Shown here piece by piece: positions 36,941-46,549 of a DNA stretch of 64,000 nt. Both the position numbers and the translations under genes were made by a program. Origin of the DNA: Fibrobacterales bacterium (GTDB lineage: Bacteria > Fibrobacterota > Fibrobacteria > Fibrobacterales > JAOPTW01); assembly GCA_051532055.1 (NCBI GenBank), contig JAOPTX010000038.1, forward strand, positions 1 to 64,000, written 5' to 3'. Below the pieces are notes generated by a model, which was not told the DNA's origin, ran no database searches, and saw nothing but the letters and a program-made list of their open reading frames with translations. Each line of letters opens with the position of its first letter. Position 1 is the stretch's first letter.

Positions 36941-39483
36941 CCTATACCTATGATATAAAGAGACTGTTTTTGATGGTATTTGTTTTTTTCTGTAGTTCTG
37001 TGATTGCGGAAAGTACGACAGATTCATTGGCTCTAAAAAAACCTACAGGGTTTATTTTTACAGGCGTTCTACAGGACTCCCTTTTTATGAAGAGTGATTC
37101 TGTTTCATTAGAAGTGTTGGAGAGTGGTGAGCAAATGTATGTGGTATATGCTACTCCATTTGAACTCATTCTTCCTTTTGATTCCCTTTGGAATATTTGT
37201 TTTAGTGACACCCAGAAAGAAAAATGTTACGAGATTACCCATACAACCACAGATTCTGTATTTCATCAAGCAATAGGTGATGCGGTGAGTAGTGAGATGC
37301 TTTTTGATAATCGAGAAGAGGAAGTAGAACTTACTGCATATATTGATACAACGGCACCAGTAATGGATAGCCTTGAGAATGACCTAAGTAATGATTTGAA
37401 TCAGACAATTGAGAAGCGTACCAAATTACGTAAGACGGTAGTCCGTTTGAGAAAAAGGCCGAAACGAGCCTTAGGTAAGACAACTATTTCGGCTAAGTCA
37501 ATAAGGAGAATGCCGAGTCTAGCAGAGGCTGATGTTATAAAATCAATACAGGCTCTTCCAGGGGTAGTTGCCAGCTCGGACTTCTCCTCAAAACTCTATG
37601 TACGTGGGGCAAGCTCAGACCAAAATCTATTTCTTTTTGACAATGGTATCGTCTATTCACCCATACATTTTTTTGGTCTCTTCTCAACATTTTTAGTTGA
37701 AGGTATTGATGAGGTAAATTTCTATAAAGGTGGCTTTAGCCCAGAGTATGGAAATAGACTCGCATCAGTGGTTGATGTTCATTCACGAAAAGGAGGGAAT
37801 GATTCGGCGAATACCTATTTTACTAACTCAACAGTTAAAATCAGTACCTTTGCAGGTCAACTTCATTGGGAAGGGCGACACGATAATGTGCGTTGGTTAA
37901 TGGCAGGGCGAATGACTTGGTTTAGTTCCATGCTTGATGCATTTAGATGGGTAGGTCTGACCGACCTAGAAATTGATTATGATTTTTGGGACCTTCAGGG
38001 AAATGTTGCGTATGACTTTTCGGAAGATGAAAGTATTATGACGAGCATGTACCGTGGAGAAGATGAGTTAGACTTTGGACCTTTTAAAGTTGGGTGGGGT
38101 AATGAACTCTACGCTACAAATTATATTCATAATAATGTGTATGAAAATGTTAATCTATCTGGGTCTGCGAGTTATAGTAAATTCCACCAGATGTTTGGTT
38201 TACAGGGAATTAGTAGTTTTAAAAATGAGATGTGGGGGGTTGTTCTTAAGGGGGGTGTTCGGTATACTGGAATGAGTGATCAGCAGGTTACCGTTGGTGT
38301 TGAATCGCAACTTCTCGATATTGCCTTTATTCAAGAGTTTAAAGGAGGACAAAGTAATGACTCTGCTGAGAGTGAAGCATCAGATTTTACGAGTATTGAT
38401 CAGTATGATTTTTGGCTTCATTCGACTTTTATAGAAGATAAATATACTGCTGGTGATATAACCATTACACCAGGTCTTCGTGCTTCACTCCATAGTGATC
38501 TGATGAATGTGTATTTTGAACCCCGAATATCCTTTCAATTTCAATTGCCCGCAAAACAGGTTATTGATTTTCATTTAGGACATTATAAACAGTTTATTAA
38601 TAATCTACAGTTTAGTGATCAAGAGAGTATCAATGAATTTTATTATCCGACACGTAAAACGAATTTTACTGAAATGAAACCATCAGAGTCTAACTTACTT
38701 TCACTTGGTTTTTTCAGACCTCAAGTGCTTGGTATGTTTGATGTAACACTTGAAACTTATTATAAAACATTTAAAAACCTCTATGTGTTTGATATTAATG
38801 GGACTGCTGATAGTATTGTGCAAAGTAGAGATAATGTGTTTGGTGATTTCTTTAAGATGGGCGAAGGGTATAGTTATGGATTTGAGGCGCTCATTCGAAA
38901 AGATGCAGGAAAAGTATTTGGTGGTGTGAGTTATACTTATGGCCGTTCAATAGTACAAGACCTTGGCTCTGATGCTACAGGGGATGAAAAACAAGCAGCG
39001 GCATATTCTGCTAATTGGGATCAGACTCATAGTGTGAAAATAGATGCAGGGATAAATTGGAGGGGGAAGGATGGTATATGGAAACACAGTGTACCGGGCC
39101 GGTATTGGAACAGTTCAATAGCGATTAAATATGCTACAGGGCTACCCTATTCTGAAGTTGCAGGTCACCTTGCTACCCATGAAATTGATCAAGGCAATGG
39201 AGTGTCGCCTGGTGGGCCAACTCCTGGTTATGAGAATAATACCTCGGTACCATTGCGCGGACGAAATGAAGCCCGATATCCCCCTTATTTTAGGTTTGAC
39301 ATTAAGCTATTTGATATCGGTAGAGAGGGGAAATGGAATCTCTCATTTACTATAATTAATGTTACAAATCATGAGAATGTATTCCAGTACTTTTATGATA
39401 CCAGCGGTGATATCCCTATACGTGAAGAGTTTAATCAATTGCCCTTTTTACCTGTGTTTCTCAACTACGAATATCGCTTTTAG
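36937..39483 (+). CDS. TonB-dependent receptor
   Basis: Plug motifs DVIKSIQALPGV, LYVRG..DQNLFLFD and YKGGF..EYGNRLASVVD; barrel EPRIS; C-terminal YRF. ATGA overlap with the padR stop. Confidence 0.9.
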   Translation: MTYTYDIKRLFLMVFVFFCSSVIAESTTDSLALKKPTGFIFTGVLQDSLFMKSDSVSLEVLESGEQMYVVYATPFELILPFDSLWNICFSDTQKEKCYEITHTTTDSVFHQAIGDAVSSEMLFDNREEEVELTAYIDTTAPVMDSLENDLSNDLNQTIEKRTKLRKTVVRLRKRPKRALGKTTISAKSIRRMPSLAEADVIKSIQALPGVVASSDFSSKLYVRGASSDQNLFLFDNGIVYSPIHFFGLFSTFLVEGIDEVNFYKGGFSPEYGNRLASVVDVHSRKGGNDSANTYFTNSTVKISTFAGQLHWEGRHDNVRWLMAGRMTWFSSMLDAFRWVGLTDLEIDYDFWDLQGNVAYDFSEDESIMTSMYRGEDELDFGPFKVGWGNELYATNYIHNNVYENVNLSGSASYSKFHQMFGLQGISSFKNEMWGVVLKGGVRYTGMSDQQVTVGVESQLLDIAFIQEFKGGQSNDSAESEASDFTSIDQYDFWLHSTFIEDKYTAGDITITPGLRASLHSDLMNVYFEPRISFQFQLPAKQVIDFHLGHYKQFINNLQFSDQESINEFYYPTRKTNFTEMKPSESNLLSLGFFRPQVLGMFDVTLETYYKTFKNLYVFDINGTADSIVQSRDNVFGDFFKMGEGYSYGFEALIRKDAGKVFGGVSYTYGRSIVQDLGSDATGDEKQAAAYSANWDQTHSVKIDAGINWRGKDGIWKHSVPGRYWNSSIAIKYATGLPYSEVAGHLATHEIDQGNGVSPGGPTPGYENNTSVPLRGRNEARYPPYFRFDIKLFDIGREGKWNLSFTIINVTNHENVFQYFYDTSGDIPIREEFNQLPFLPVFLNYEYRF

Positions 39484-39492
39484 GAGAATAGT

Positions 39493-41346
39493 ATGAATAA
39501 AATTTTTGGATTATTAATTGCGTTATTACTTTTAGGGTGTGAATCGATTCCCGGGCCGTGGGAATATTCCCCAGAAGCAGAGCAACCGTATAATGGCCTG
39601 TATGTTACTGCAACGTTGATTGCGGACAGACCGGTGTCAGAAGTCTATGTAGAAATGCTTCATGAACTGAATGAAGTGCGGACGCTGTACTTTAATTTTT
39701 ATGATTCTGCATCGGTGTCACTTACTCATAATGGAGTACAATATCCTCTTACGCCGAGTAGTGATGCTGCAAATAGTTTTGTGAGTGATTCGAGTCTCAT
39801 TATTTTGCGAGGTGAGCTGTACACTTTGGCTGGATCTATTTGGTGGGATAGTCTTGGAACTCCTGTTGTAACAACGTTTTCAGCAGAAACTCAAGTACCA
39901 TTATCGTTTAACTTAAAAGACACTGCAAATTTGACATTACCCTCACTGGCAGCGAAGCCATCCGATTCGACTCAATATCTTCAATGGTTTGGTTTGCTTG
40001 ATACTCAAATTCAATTAGAATTACTAACCAAGTTTCAAAGTGAATTATTAGTACTATATGCAGACCTTCTACCCCAAATATATGATGATACGGGCCAACC
40101 TGATTTTGAAAAAATACCTCAGCTCCTTCAGCAAAATCCTGAACGGTTAATGCAATTTATGGGGGAAAATATAGATGTACTCTATGATGAAGCGGTAAGA
40201 ATTGATGGGACGTTAGAAAAAGTGAGTTATTACAGTCGAGGTGATACTATTAATTACTTGTATGGCACCCAAAATACCAGCCAGCATATCTATCCAACAG
40301 CATATAGTGATGATGTTGAAGCAGTATTAGTTACTCATGCTTTTGATGATAGTGCATCGACCTTTCCTAAAAATGCATTTGACCTTGAACAGTTTGTGGG
40401 TATACCTTCAAAAGCTGCTGACTACTACTATAATGGGGACTTGAGAAGGCTCATTATATATCCTCAACAGGAGAGCCCGAACGGAGGATTGCTCCTCGAT
40501 AATATCGCAGTGTTTAATGTGTGGTATGTTGGCGGGTATAACAAGGTCTACTTTTATGCCTACGATCGTGAATATTTTAAATATGTTGATGGGACCATTA
40601 GTGCTGAAAGTGATACAAAAACACCGCCAGTTTATAATATAAATGGTGCTCGCGGATTCTTTTCAAGTGCTGTTGTAGATTCATTTGATTTCGTGGTCCG
40701 GATAGATTCTACAGAAGACTTTTTTAGTCGAGATGAGACAATTGTTGATCGATGTAGTAAAGACTGGGGGGACACTCAGCGATGTAGGAATTATCTAGAA
40801 CCCTGGTGTGAATCAATTCGCTTTACTAATGAAGTGTGTCATCCCATTTTTATATCTCAAAAGCTCGATGGATATCTTGATACAATTGAGTTTCCTCAGC
40901 TTTTGAAGGGGTGGGAGCAGGAGCTTGACTCTATTTGGCAAATACCAGTGGATTCGTTAATGACTTTTGACTCTGTAACACAGGCGCTCCCTGAAAATAA
41001 TGAGATTATGGAGCGTAATACTTACTTGATTCAGAATAGCAAATTAGAATTTTCAGTAGAGGAAGGTTTTATGCGTTATTGTCTTTATGAGAATTATCTT
41101 TCACCACTGTGTGATTCCATAAAAATCCAGGCAATGACCAAAAATGAAGATACAAAAGAGAAGGGTCAACTCTTTGATTACTGTAATGATAGAGAATGGG
41201 ATAGAACTCTGTTTCCACAATGTGGGCCAGGGTTGGTTCTCTTTGTTGACCAATTTAAGGATGAAGGAAGATATTCACGGGTGCTCGAAAAAGAGGTGTT
41301 TAAATACTGTTCCGAAAACCCACAACAGACTGTTTGTATACAATAG
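39493..41346 (+). CDS. TBDT-associated lipoprotein (DUF4249-like) with Cys-rich C-terminal region
   Basis: LLLGC lipobox, YNINGARGFFSS motif and multiple (Y/W)C-x8-12-C pairs. Confidence 0.7.
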   Translation: MNKIFGLLIALLLLGCESIPGPWEYSPEAEQPYNGLYVTATLIADRPVSEVYVEMLHELNEVRTLYFNFYDSASVSLTHNGVQYPLTPSSDAANSFVSDSSLIILRGELYTLAGSIWWDSLGTPVVTTFSAETQVPLSFNLKDTANLTLPSLAAKPSDSTQYLQWFGLLDTQIQLELLTKFQSELLVLYADLLPQIYDDTGQPDFEKIPQLLQQNPERLMQFMGENIDVLYDEAVRIDGTLEKVSYYSRGDTINYLYGTQNTSQHIYPTAYSDDVEAVLVTHAFDDSASTFPKNAFDLEQFVGIPSKAADYYYNGDLRRLIIYPQQESPNGGLLLDNIAVFNVWYVGGYNKVYFYAYDREYFKYVDGTISAESDTKTPPVYNINGARGFFSSAVVDSFDFVVRIDSTEDFFSRDETIVDRCSKDWGDTQRCRNYLEPWCESIRFTNEVCHPIFISQKLDGYLDTIEFPQLLKGWEQELDSIWQIPVDSLMTFDSVTQALPENNEIMERNTYLIQNSKLEFSVEEGFMRYCLYENYLSPLCDSIKIQAMTKNEDTKEKGQLFDYCNDREWDRTLFPQCGPGLVLFVDQFKDEGRYSRVLEKEVFKYCSENPQQTVCIQ

Positions 41347-41355
41347 AGGAAAAGA

Positions 41356-42201
41356 ATGAAACGACGTACCATCACTATACCAGCAACTATTTTTGCACTT
41401 TTGGTGTGCTTGAATGTTGAGATGTTTGCTAATAATGCAAATGCAATCGATTCTTTGGAGATGATTAAAAAATCTCTAACGAAAAATATAAAAGAGCTCG
41501 AATCAAAAATTGATCAGACGGATTCATTAAGTCGTATGGAAGAGTCGCGTTTTGCACTTCTTAAGAAAAGATACACTGATGATGTTGTCCGTCGAACTGT
41601 TGAGCTCGAATCAATTCAAACAGAGTTAAATGATGTTCAAAGTGCCATTCAGAAAGAGGTTCAGCAGCAACAATCCCTCGAGGTGAGGATAAAAAATAAT
41701 AAAGCGTATGCTCAATTTTTAACCAAAAAATTGGCAACTTTAGCAGGGACTGTTGAAACGCTTATTGAAGTATCTCTTCCTGATAAAAAAAATGTGCGCC
41801 TTGAAAGAATCGCAGTATTAAAGCGAGATCTTGAGAGTGGAAATGCTACCCCTGAAGAAGGGTTTGGTCGTTTGAAATCAATTCTCGCTGAGGAAATTCG
41901 TTTCGGAGATGAAGTAGTGATTACTACAACATCCATTGTGAGGATAGATGGTGAAGTAGCAAATGTGAAGATGCTCCGCATTGGGAATCAGTGGATGGTC
42001 TACGTCGATGAAGATGAAAAGTTATATGGTGTTTTAAAAAGAAACAGAGCAGAAGGGGCCCTTTCTTATGTTTGGAAAGAGGAGTTGGATTTCTCTGAAC
42101 GTGAAATGGTAAGAAATGCTATTGATGTTAAGCTTGCAAAAAGAGCTCCAGAGATTGTTTCGCTTCCGTTATCACTCTCTCTCATAAGTGAGGTTAAATA
42201 A
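41356..42201 (+). CDS. DUF3450 (TtpB-like) periplasmic coiled-coil protein
   Basis: Signal peptide, long coiled coil, SLP...RLERI, MLRIG; lies upstream of exbB-like genes. Confidence 0.75.
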   Translation: MKRRTITIPATIFALLVCLNVEMFANNANAIDSLEMIKKSLTKNIKELESKIDQTDSLSRMEESRFALLKKRYTDDVVRRTVELESIQTELNDVQSAIQKEVQQQQSLEVRIKNNKAYAQFLTKKLATLAGTVETLIEVSLPDKKNVRLERIAVLKRDLESGNATPEEGFGRLKSILAEEIRFGDEVVITTTSIVRIDGEVANVKMLRIGNQWMVYVDEDEKLYGVLKRNRAEGALSYVWKEELDFSEREMVRNAIDVKLAKRAPEIVSLPLSLSLISEVK

Positions 42202-43697
42202 TGAAAAAGATTATTGGTGTTGTATTAATGGCTTTATTTACAGGATTACCTCTGGGTGCTGCTGAAAAAAATGATGCAGAAATAGAAAAAATTGCACTTC
42301 TCAAAAAAGAGATTACAGCACTTAAGTCCTTAAAAAATGAGAAGCTCAATGTACTTGAAAAAAAGGAAGCCGACCGTTGGAATGCTCGATATAAACAGAA
42401 TATTCAGTCAAAAGAGTTTGAAGATAAAACTCGAATGCTTGAGTCTCGTTATACAAAGTTAGCATCGACAGCAGCTATTAGAAAAGATGAATTGCAGCGA
42501 TTCAAGCGATTTACTGAAGAGGAAGGTGAACGTCTTGAAGTATTAAATGCACGTGCTGAAGGTTTTAAAACAGAAGTAAAGCAGAGTATTGATAAACAAG
42601 CTCAGGACTTAAGTCAGGATATGCCACTCCATATTACCAAACGGACCGCAAAGTTATCAAAGGCTTCTTCTCTTGCAGAATCAAATAATTCAATTCACGA
42701 AGCTATCGAGCTCTATGTTGAAGAACGTACGGCGCGTCTAGAATTGACGGTTACTCAAGAGTTAATTCAACAAAACAGTATTGTGGCTGGAATTGCAGAT
42801 GTTCCAGTGAAACAGCTTCGCTTAGGTACTGTATTTATTGGCGAGTTGGAACGTGGTGGGCAAAATAGAGTGCAAACTCTTCTCAGAACTGGTCAGCTAC
42901 AAGGAAAGATATTTACCTGGAGAAGCAACCTTGAAGAGTCCTATGAGAAAGGGGTGGCCACAGCGATTAGTGCAGCAGTGGGTGCAAAAGTATCGGCGGT
43001 TATTCCAATGGATGTGTTACAGAACAAATCTTTGGGGCGTGGCTTTACTAAAGATGCGAAAAGCGGCTTTTGGATAGAGATACAGACATGGTTTGGTAAA
43101 GGTGGTGTGGTGATGTACCCATTGATTGGTTGCGCAATTCTTGCATTTATACTTGCATTAGAGCGGCTATTACTCTATCGTAAAAGAGGACGTTCTGAAG
43201 AACGGTTTATGAAAACTATTAGACCAATGGTTCGCAAAAAAGACTGGGAAGGAGTTAAAAAAGTGTGTAACTCTAGTAAGTCAAGTTTAAGTTGTGTAAT
43301 CCACGCTATTATGAATAGTGTTCAGGGTAGTAGAGATGGAGCAGAAAAAGCGGTAAAAGAGAATTTGCTTAAAGAGCTCCCTGAACTAGAAAAAAGGTTG
43401 GGGATTGTAGCTGCTCTTGGGGCTTCTGCACCACTTCTTGGTCTTTTAGGGACGGTATCTGGTATGATTACGCTATTCATGGTTATTACAGATGTGGGGA
43501 CCAATGACCCTAAAATACTTGCAGGAGGTATTTCGGAAGCATTGGTGACAACTCAGACTGGTCTTGTGATCGCGATACCTATTCTCCTTATTCATGGTTA
43601 CCTTTCAGAAAAACTAGAATCGATTACGGCAAACCTACAAGGCTATAGTATGGAAGTACTCAATAAAATTTGGCCTGATTCAACTTCGGAGCTGTAA
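42201..43697 (+). CDS. TtpC-like large MotA/TolQ/ExbB proton channel protein
   Basis: N-terminal coiled coil; C-terminal GGVVMYPL, APLLGLLGTVSGMI, AGGISEALVTT. Confidence 0.88.
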   Translation: MKKIIGVVLMALFTGLPLGAAEKNDAEIEKIALLKKEITALKSLKNEKLNVLEKKEADRWNARYKQNIQSKEFEDKTRMLESRYTKLASTAAIRKDELQRFKRFTEEEGERLEVLNARAEGFKTEVKQSIDKQAQDLSQDMPLHITKRTAKLSKASSLAESNNSIHEAIELYVEERTARLELTVTQELIQQNSIVAGIADVPVKQLRLGTVFIGELERGGQNRVQTLLRTGQLQGKIFTWRSNLEESYEKGVATAISAAVGAKVSAVIPMDVLQNKSLGRGFTKDAKSGFWIEIQTWFGKGGVVMYPLIGCAILAFILALERLLLYRKRGRSEERFMKTIRPMVRKKDWEGVKKVCNSSKSSLSCVIHAIMNSVQGSRDGAEKAVKENLLKELPELEKRLGIVAALGASAPLLGLLGTVSGMITLFMVITDVGTNDPKILAGGISEALVTTQTGLVIAIPILLIHGYLSEKLESITANLQGYSMEVLNKIWPDSTSEL

Positions 43698-43699
43698 CT

Positions 43700-44320
43700 G
43701 TGTTGATTGATGCATTATACGAAGCGGTTCAAGCGGGGGGATGGGTCTTGTTGCCAATCTTTTTAGCAGGTGCCTGGGCTTTTTATATTCTCTTTATGCT
43801 CGTTAGAAATATAGGGTATGATATGTATCGGCCCGACACACATGCGATGATAAATGAGATGAGTCATTTGGTACAGCAAAAACGATATACAGAGGCTGAA
43901 CGTTTATTGAAAGCAAATCCTGGAATTATTTCTCGAAATTTACGTCTAGCTATTAAATTTCATCGTTCAAAAGGTGTGGGCCTTAATAATATTTTAAAAG
44001 AGAGGATTGGGAAAAACCTCATTAATATTGACAAAGGACTACAATTTGCTGTGGTACTTGCGGGGCTCGCCCCACTGCTTGGTCTTCTTGGGACAGTTAC
44101 AGGGATGATGAGTACCTTTGATGTAATTACTCTCTATGGAAACTCAAATCCGGGTTTGATGGCAGGAGGTATTTCCGAGGCGTTGATTACTACACAGTCG
44201 GGCCTAGTTATAGCATTTCCACTTGTGTTACTTATACATAGAGTTGAAGACAGAATTCATTGGGTTAAAAAGCAAATTGAGCTTGGTGTAACCCTAATAT
44301 TAAAAGAACTTAATAATTAA
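43700..44320 (+). CDS. exbB: MotA/TolQ/ExbB proton channel
   Basis: APLLGLLGTVTGMM and AGGISEALITTQ. Confidence 0.9.
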   Translation: MLIDALYEAVQAGGWVLLPIFLAGAWAFYILFMLVRNIGYDMYRPDTHAMINEMSHLVQQKRYTEAERLLKANPGIISRNLRLAIKFHRSKGVGLNNILKERIGKNLINIDKGLQFAVVLAGLAPLLGLLGTVTGMMSTFDVITLYGNSNPGLMAGGISEALITTQSGLVIAFPLVLLIHRVEDRIHWVKKQIELGVTLILKELNN

Positions 44321-44329
44321 GGAAGAAGT

Positions 44330-44737
44330 ATGGATCAGTTTGAACTTCCAAAAAGAGAACGTAAAGCGGCCAATATAGATATTGCTCCGATGCTTGATAT
44401 GGTATTTATTCTCTTGATATTTTTTATCGTTACCAGTAGTTTCACAAGGGAAACAGGGGTGGATGTTACTAAGCCTCAAGCAAAATCTGCATCTGAAGTC
44501 AATAAAGAAAATATTATGATTGCTATTACACGTGAAGGAACAGTGCATGTTAACGAACGTCAGGTAGATCTGATAACGTTGAAGGATGTTTTGGGGCAGA
44601 TGATCTCGAAAAACCCCGATCGAGAGGTGATACTTATTGCAGATCAAGATTCTAATACGGGTGCAGTGGTAAATGTTATAGATGTCTGTAATTTGACTGG
44701 GGTTAAGAAAGTCTCTATAGCAGCACTTTCAAAGTAG
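44330..44737 (+). CDS. exbD: Biopolymer transport protein ExbD
   Basis: IDIAPMLDMVFILLIFFIVT and LIAD. Confidence 0.93.
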   Translation: MDQFELPKRERKAANIDIAPMLDMVFILLIFFIVTSSFTRETGVDVTKPQAKSASEVNKENIMIAITREGTVHVNERQVDLITLKDVLGQMISKNPDREVILIADQDSNTGAVVNVIDVCNLTGVKKVSIAALSK

Positions 44738-44743
44738 GCGAAA

Positions 44744-45394
44744 ATGAGTGGAAATAAATCAAATAAAAAAGATCTTGGAACCCGTGTATTATTCGGTTTG
44801 CTCGCTGCTCTGCTCAGTGGGCTATTGATACTTTCAATGCCAATAGTCAGTTCTATTGTTAAGGGAGATCTTTTTAAAGCTAAAGATAAAAAAAATACTG
44901 AACTCGTATTAAAAAAGGTGGATCTCCAAAAGCCGAAACCAAAACCTAAAAAAGAGCGACGTAAACCAAAACGCAATAAACCAAATCATAGGAATGTTAA
45001 GTCAGGACCGCGATTTGCCATGAATTTGGATGTAGCAGGGGCAGGTGGGGCAAGTGTCTCTCTTGACTTAATTAATAAATCTCGAGGTGATGGAGGTGGA
45101 CAGAGTGGTGATGTTGATAGTAAGCCTCGCCCTCTTGCTCAGTGTGAGATGAGTGTACCTGATGCCATAATTGAATCAGAAGTCAATGCATCAGTTACAG
45201 TGAGTTTCTGCATTGATGTATCTGGGGGCGCCTATGAAGTGCGAATATTGAACGAAGAACCTATTGGTATGGGTCTCGGAAATAATAGTATTAGGGCGAT
45301 TCAAGATTGTGCCTTTGAGCCAGCACTCAGAGATAATGAAGCGGTACCCTTTTGTGGTATGGAAAAAGAGTTTGAATTTAGATTTAGCGAGTAA
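44744..45394 (+). CDS. tonB: Energy transducer TonB
   Basis: N-terminal TM, KPKPKPKK linker, TonB-C-like domain ending FEPA...FEFRF. Confidence 0.8.
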   Translation: MSGNKSNKKDLGTRVLFGLLAALLSGLLILSMPIVSSIVKGDLFKAKDKKNTELVLKKVDLQKPKPKPKKERRKPKRNKPNHRNVKSGPRFAMNLDVAGAGGASVSLDLINKSRGDGGGQSGDVDSKPRPLAQCEMSVPDAIIESEVNASVTVSFCIDVSGGAYEVRILNEEPIGMGLGNNSIRAIQDCAFEPALRDNEAVPFCGMEKEFEFRFSE

Positions 45395-45396
45395 TT

Positions 45397-46467
45397 ATGA
45401 GTAAAGTAAATAAGCTATTGTTGATGCTCGTCATGGTGTTGATGAGTCAAATAGGCTATACAGCGCCAGGCAATGTACAAAATAGTGCACAGGTAGTTGA
45501 GCGTGCAAATAAGCTCTACATCAGTGGGAAATTTTATAAAGCAGTTATACTGTATCGAAAAGCTTTATTGCGTGGAGCACCACCTATTGCGACCTCCATT
45601 AATATTGGAAATTGTTATTATCGGCTGCAAAAACTTCCTGAGGCAGCTGCATCATTTCGCAAAGCGGTACGTTATTCTGAGGGCTCGAATACTACTGCGT
45701 TGTTTAATCTTGCAGGGGTTTTGTATCATCTGAAACAATACGGTGAAAGTATTGCAGTGTATCATCGCGCACTTGATCTCGATCCTGAAAATATAGGGGC
45801 ATGGCTTTATATTGCTGAAGCTTATGCAAAGACGGAAGATTTTGTTGGTGCCCAACGTGCTCTTGAAAAAGCACTGAAGCTTGAACCCGAAGATGTTACC
45901 ATTGTATATCAACTAGCTGAAGTTCATGTAAGCTTGCAAGAATTTGAAAGGGCGATTGAATTGGTGAGAGAGGCCTATCGACGCAATCCTGAAGAAGTTG
46001 ATTATCTATATTATATGGGCGACCTTTATCGTATGTCTGGTAATTTGGATCTTGCTGCATCAGTCTATAAAGAAGGCGTTTCAATTGAGCCCGATAATCA
46101 TGAAGTACTTTATAAACTTGCTGATGTACTTACCCGGAGTGAGAAGCCTTTTCTTGCAATGGAGTATCTCCAAAAGGCATTGATAGCTAAGCCAGACTTT
46201 ACCGATGCATCAATTTTCTTGGGCAATCTTGCCTATGATGCTGAGTGGTGGGACCGGGCTGAGGAATACTATATTAAAGCTGCTCCTACTAGTGTTGAGG
46301 GAGTTCAAGGGCTTAAAAATCTCGCATATGAATTTGAAAATAAGGGTGAGCTTGAGGTAAGTTTGAGACTTCTTGAAAAGGCGCTCTCATATGCACCCAA
46401 CGACCGAATGTTGATCAATGAGCTACGGGAGTTCAATGTTCGGAAAAGTGAGTTTGAAGAGGGGTAG
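45397..46467 (+). CDS. Exported tetratricopeptide repeat protein (TtpD-like)
   Basis: Signal peptide and multiple TPRs (ALDLDPEN, ALKLEPED). Confidence 0.88.
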   Translation: MSKVNKLLLMLVMVLMSQIGYTAPGNVQNSAQVVERANKLYISGKFYKAVILYRKALLRGAPPIATSINIGNCYYRLQKLPEAAASFRKAVRYSEGSNTTALFNLAGVLYHLKQYGESIAVYHRALDLDPENIGAWLYIAEAYAKTEDFVGAQRALEKALKLEPEDVTIVYQLAEVHVSLQEFERAIELVREAYRRNPEEVDYLYYMGDLYRMSGNLDLAASVYKEGVSIEPDNHEVLYKLADVLTRSEKPFLAMEYLQKALIAKPDFTDASIFLGNLAYDAEWWDRAEEYYIKAAPTSVEGVQGLKNLAYEFENKGELEVSLRLLEKALSYAPNDRMLINELREFNVRKSEFEEG

Positions 46468-46549
46468 AAAGGGCATTTTTCCTGAAAACAGCTGATTTTT
46501 TTTTGAAATTGTGGTATAATCGGAAGGAACTGTTCATAATGGCCCATCT

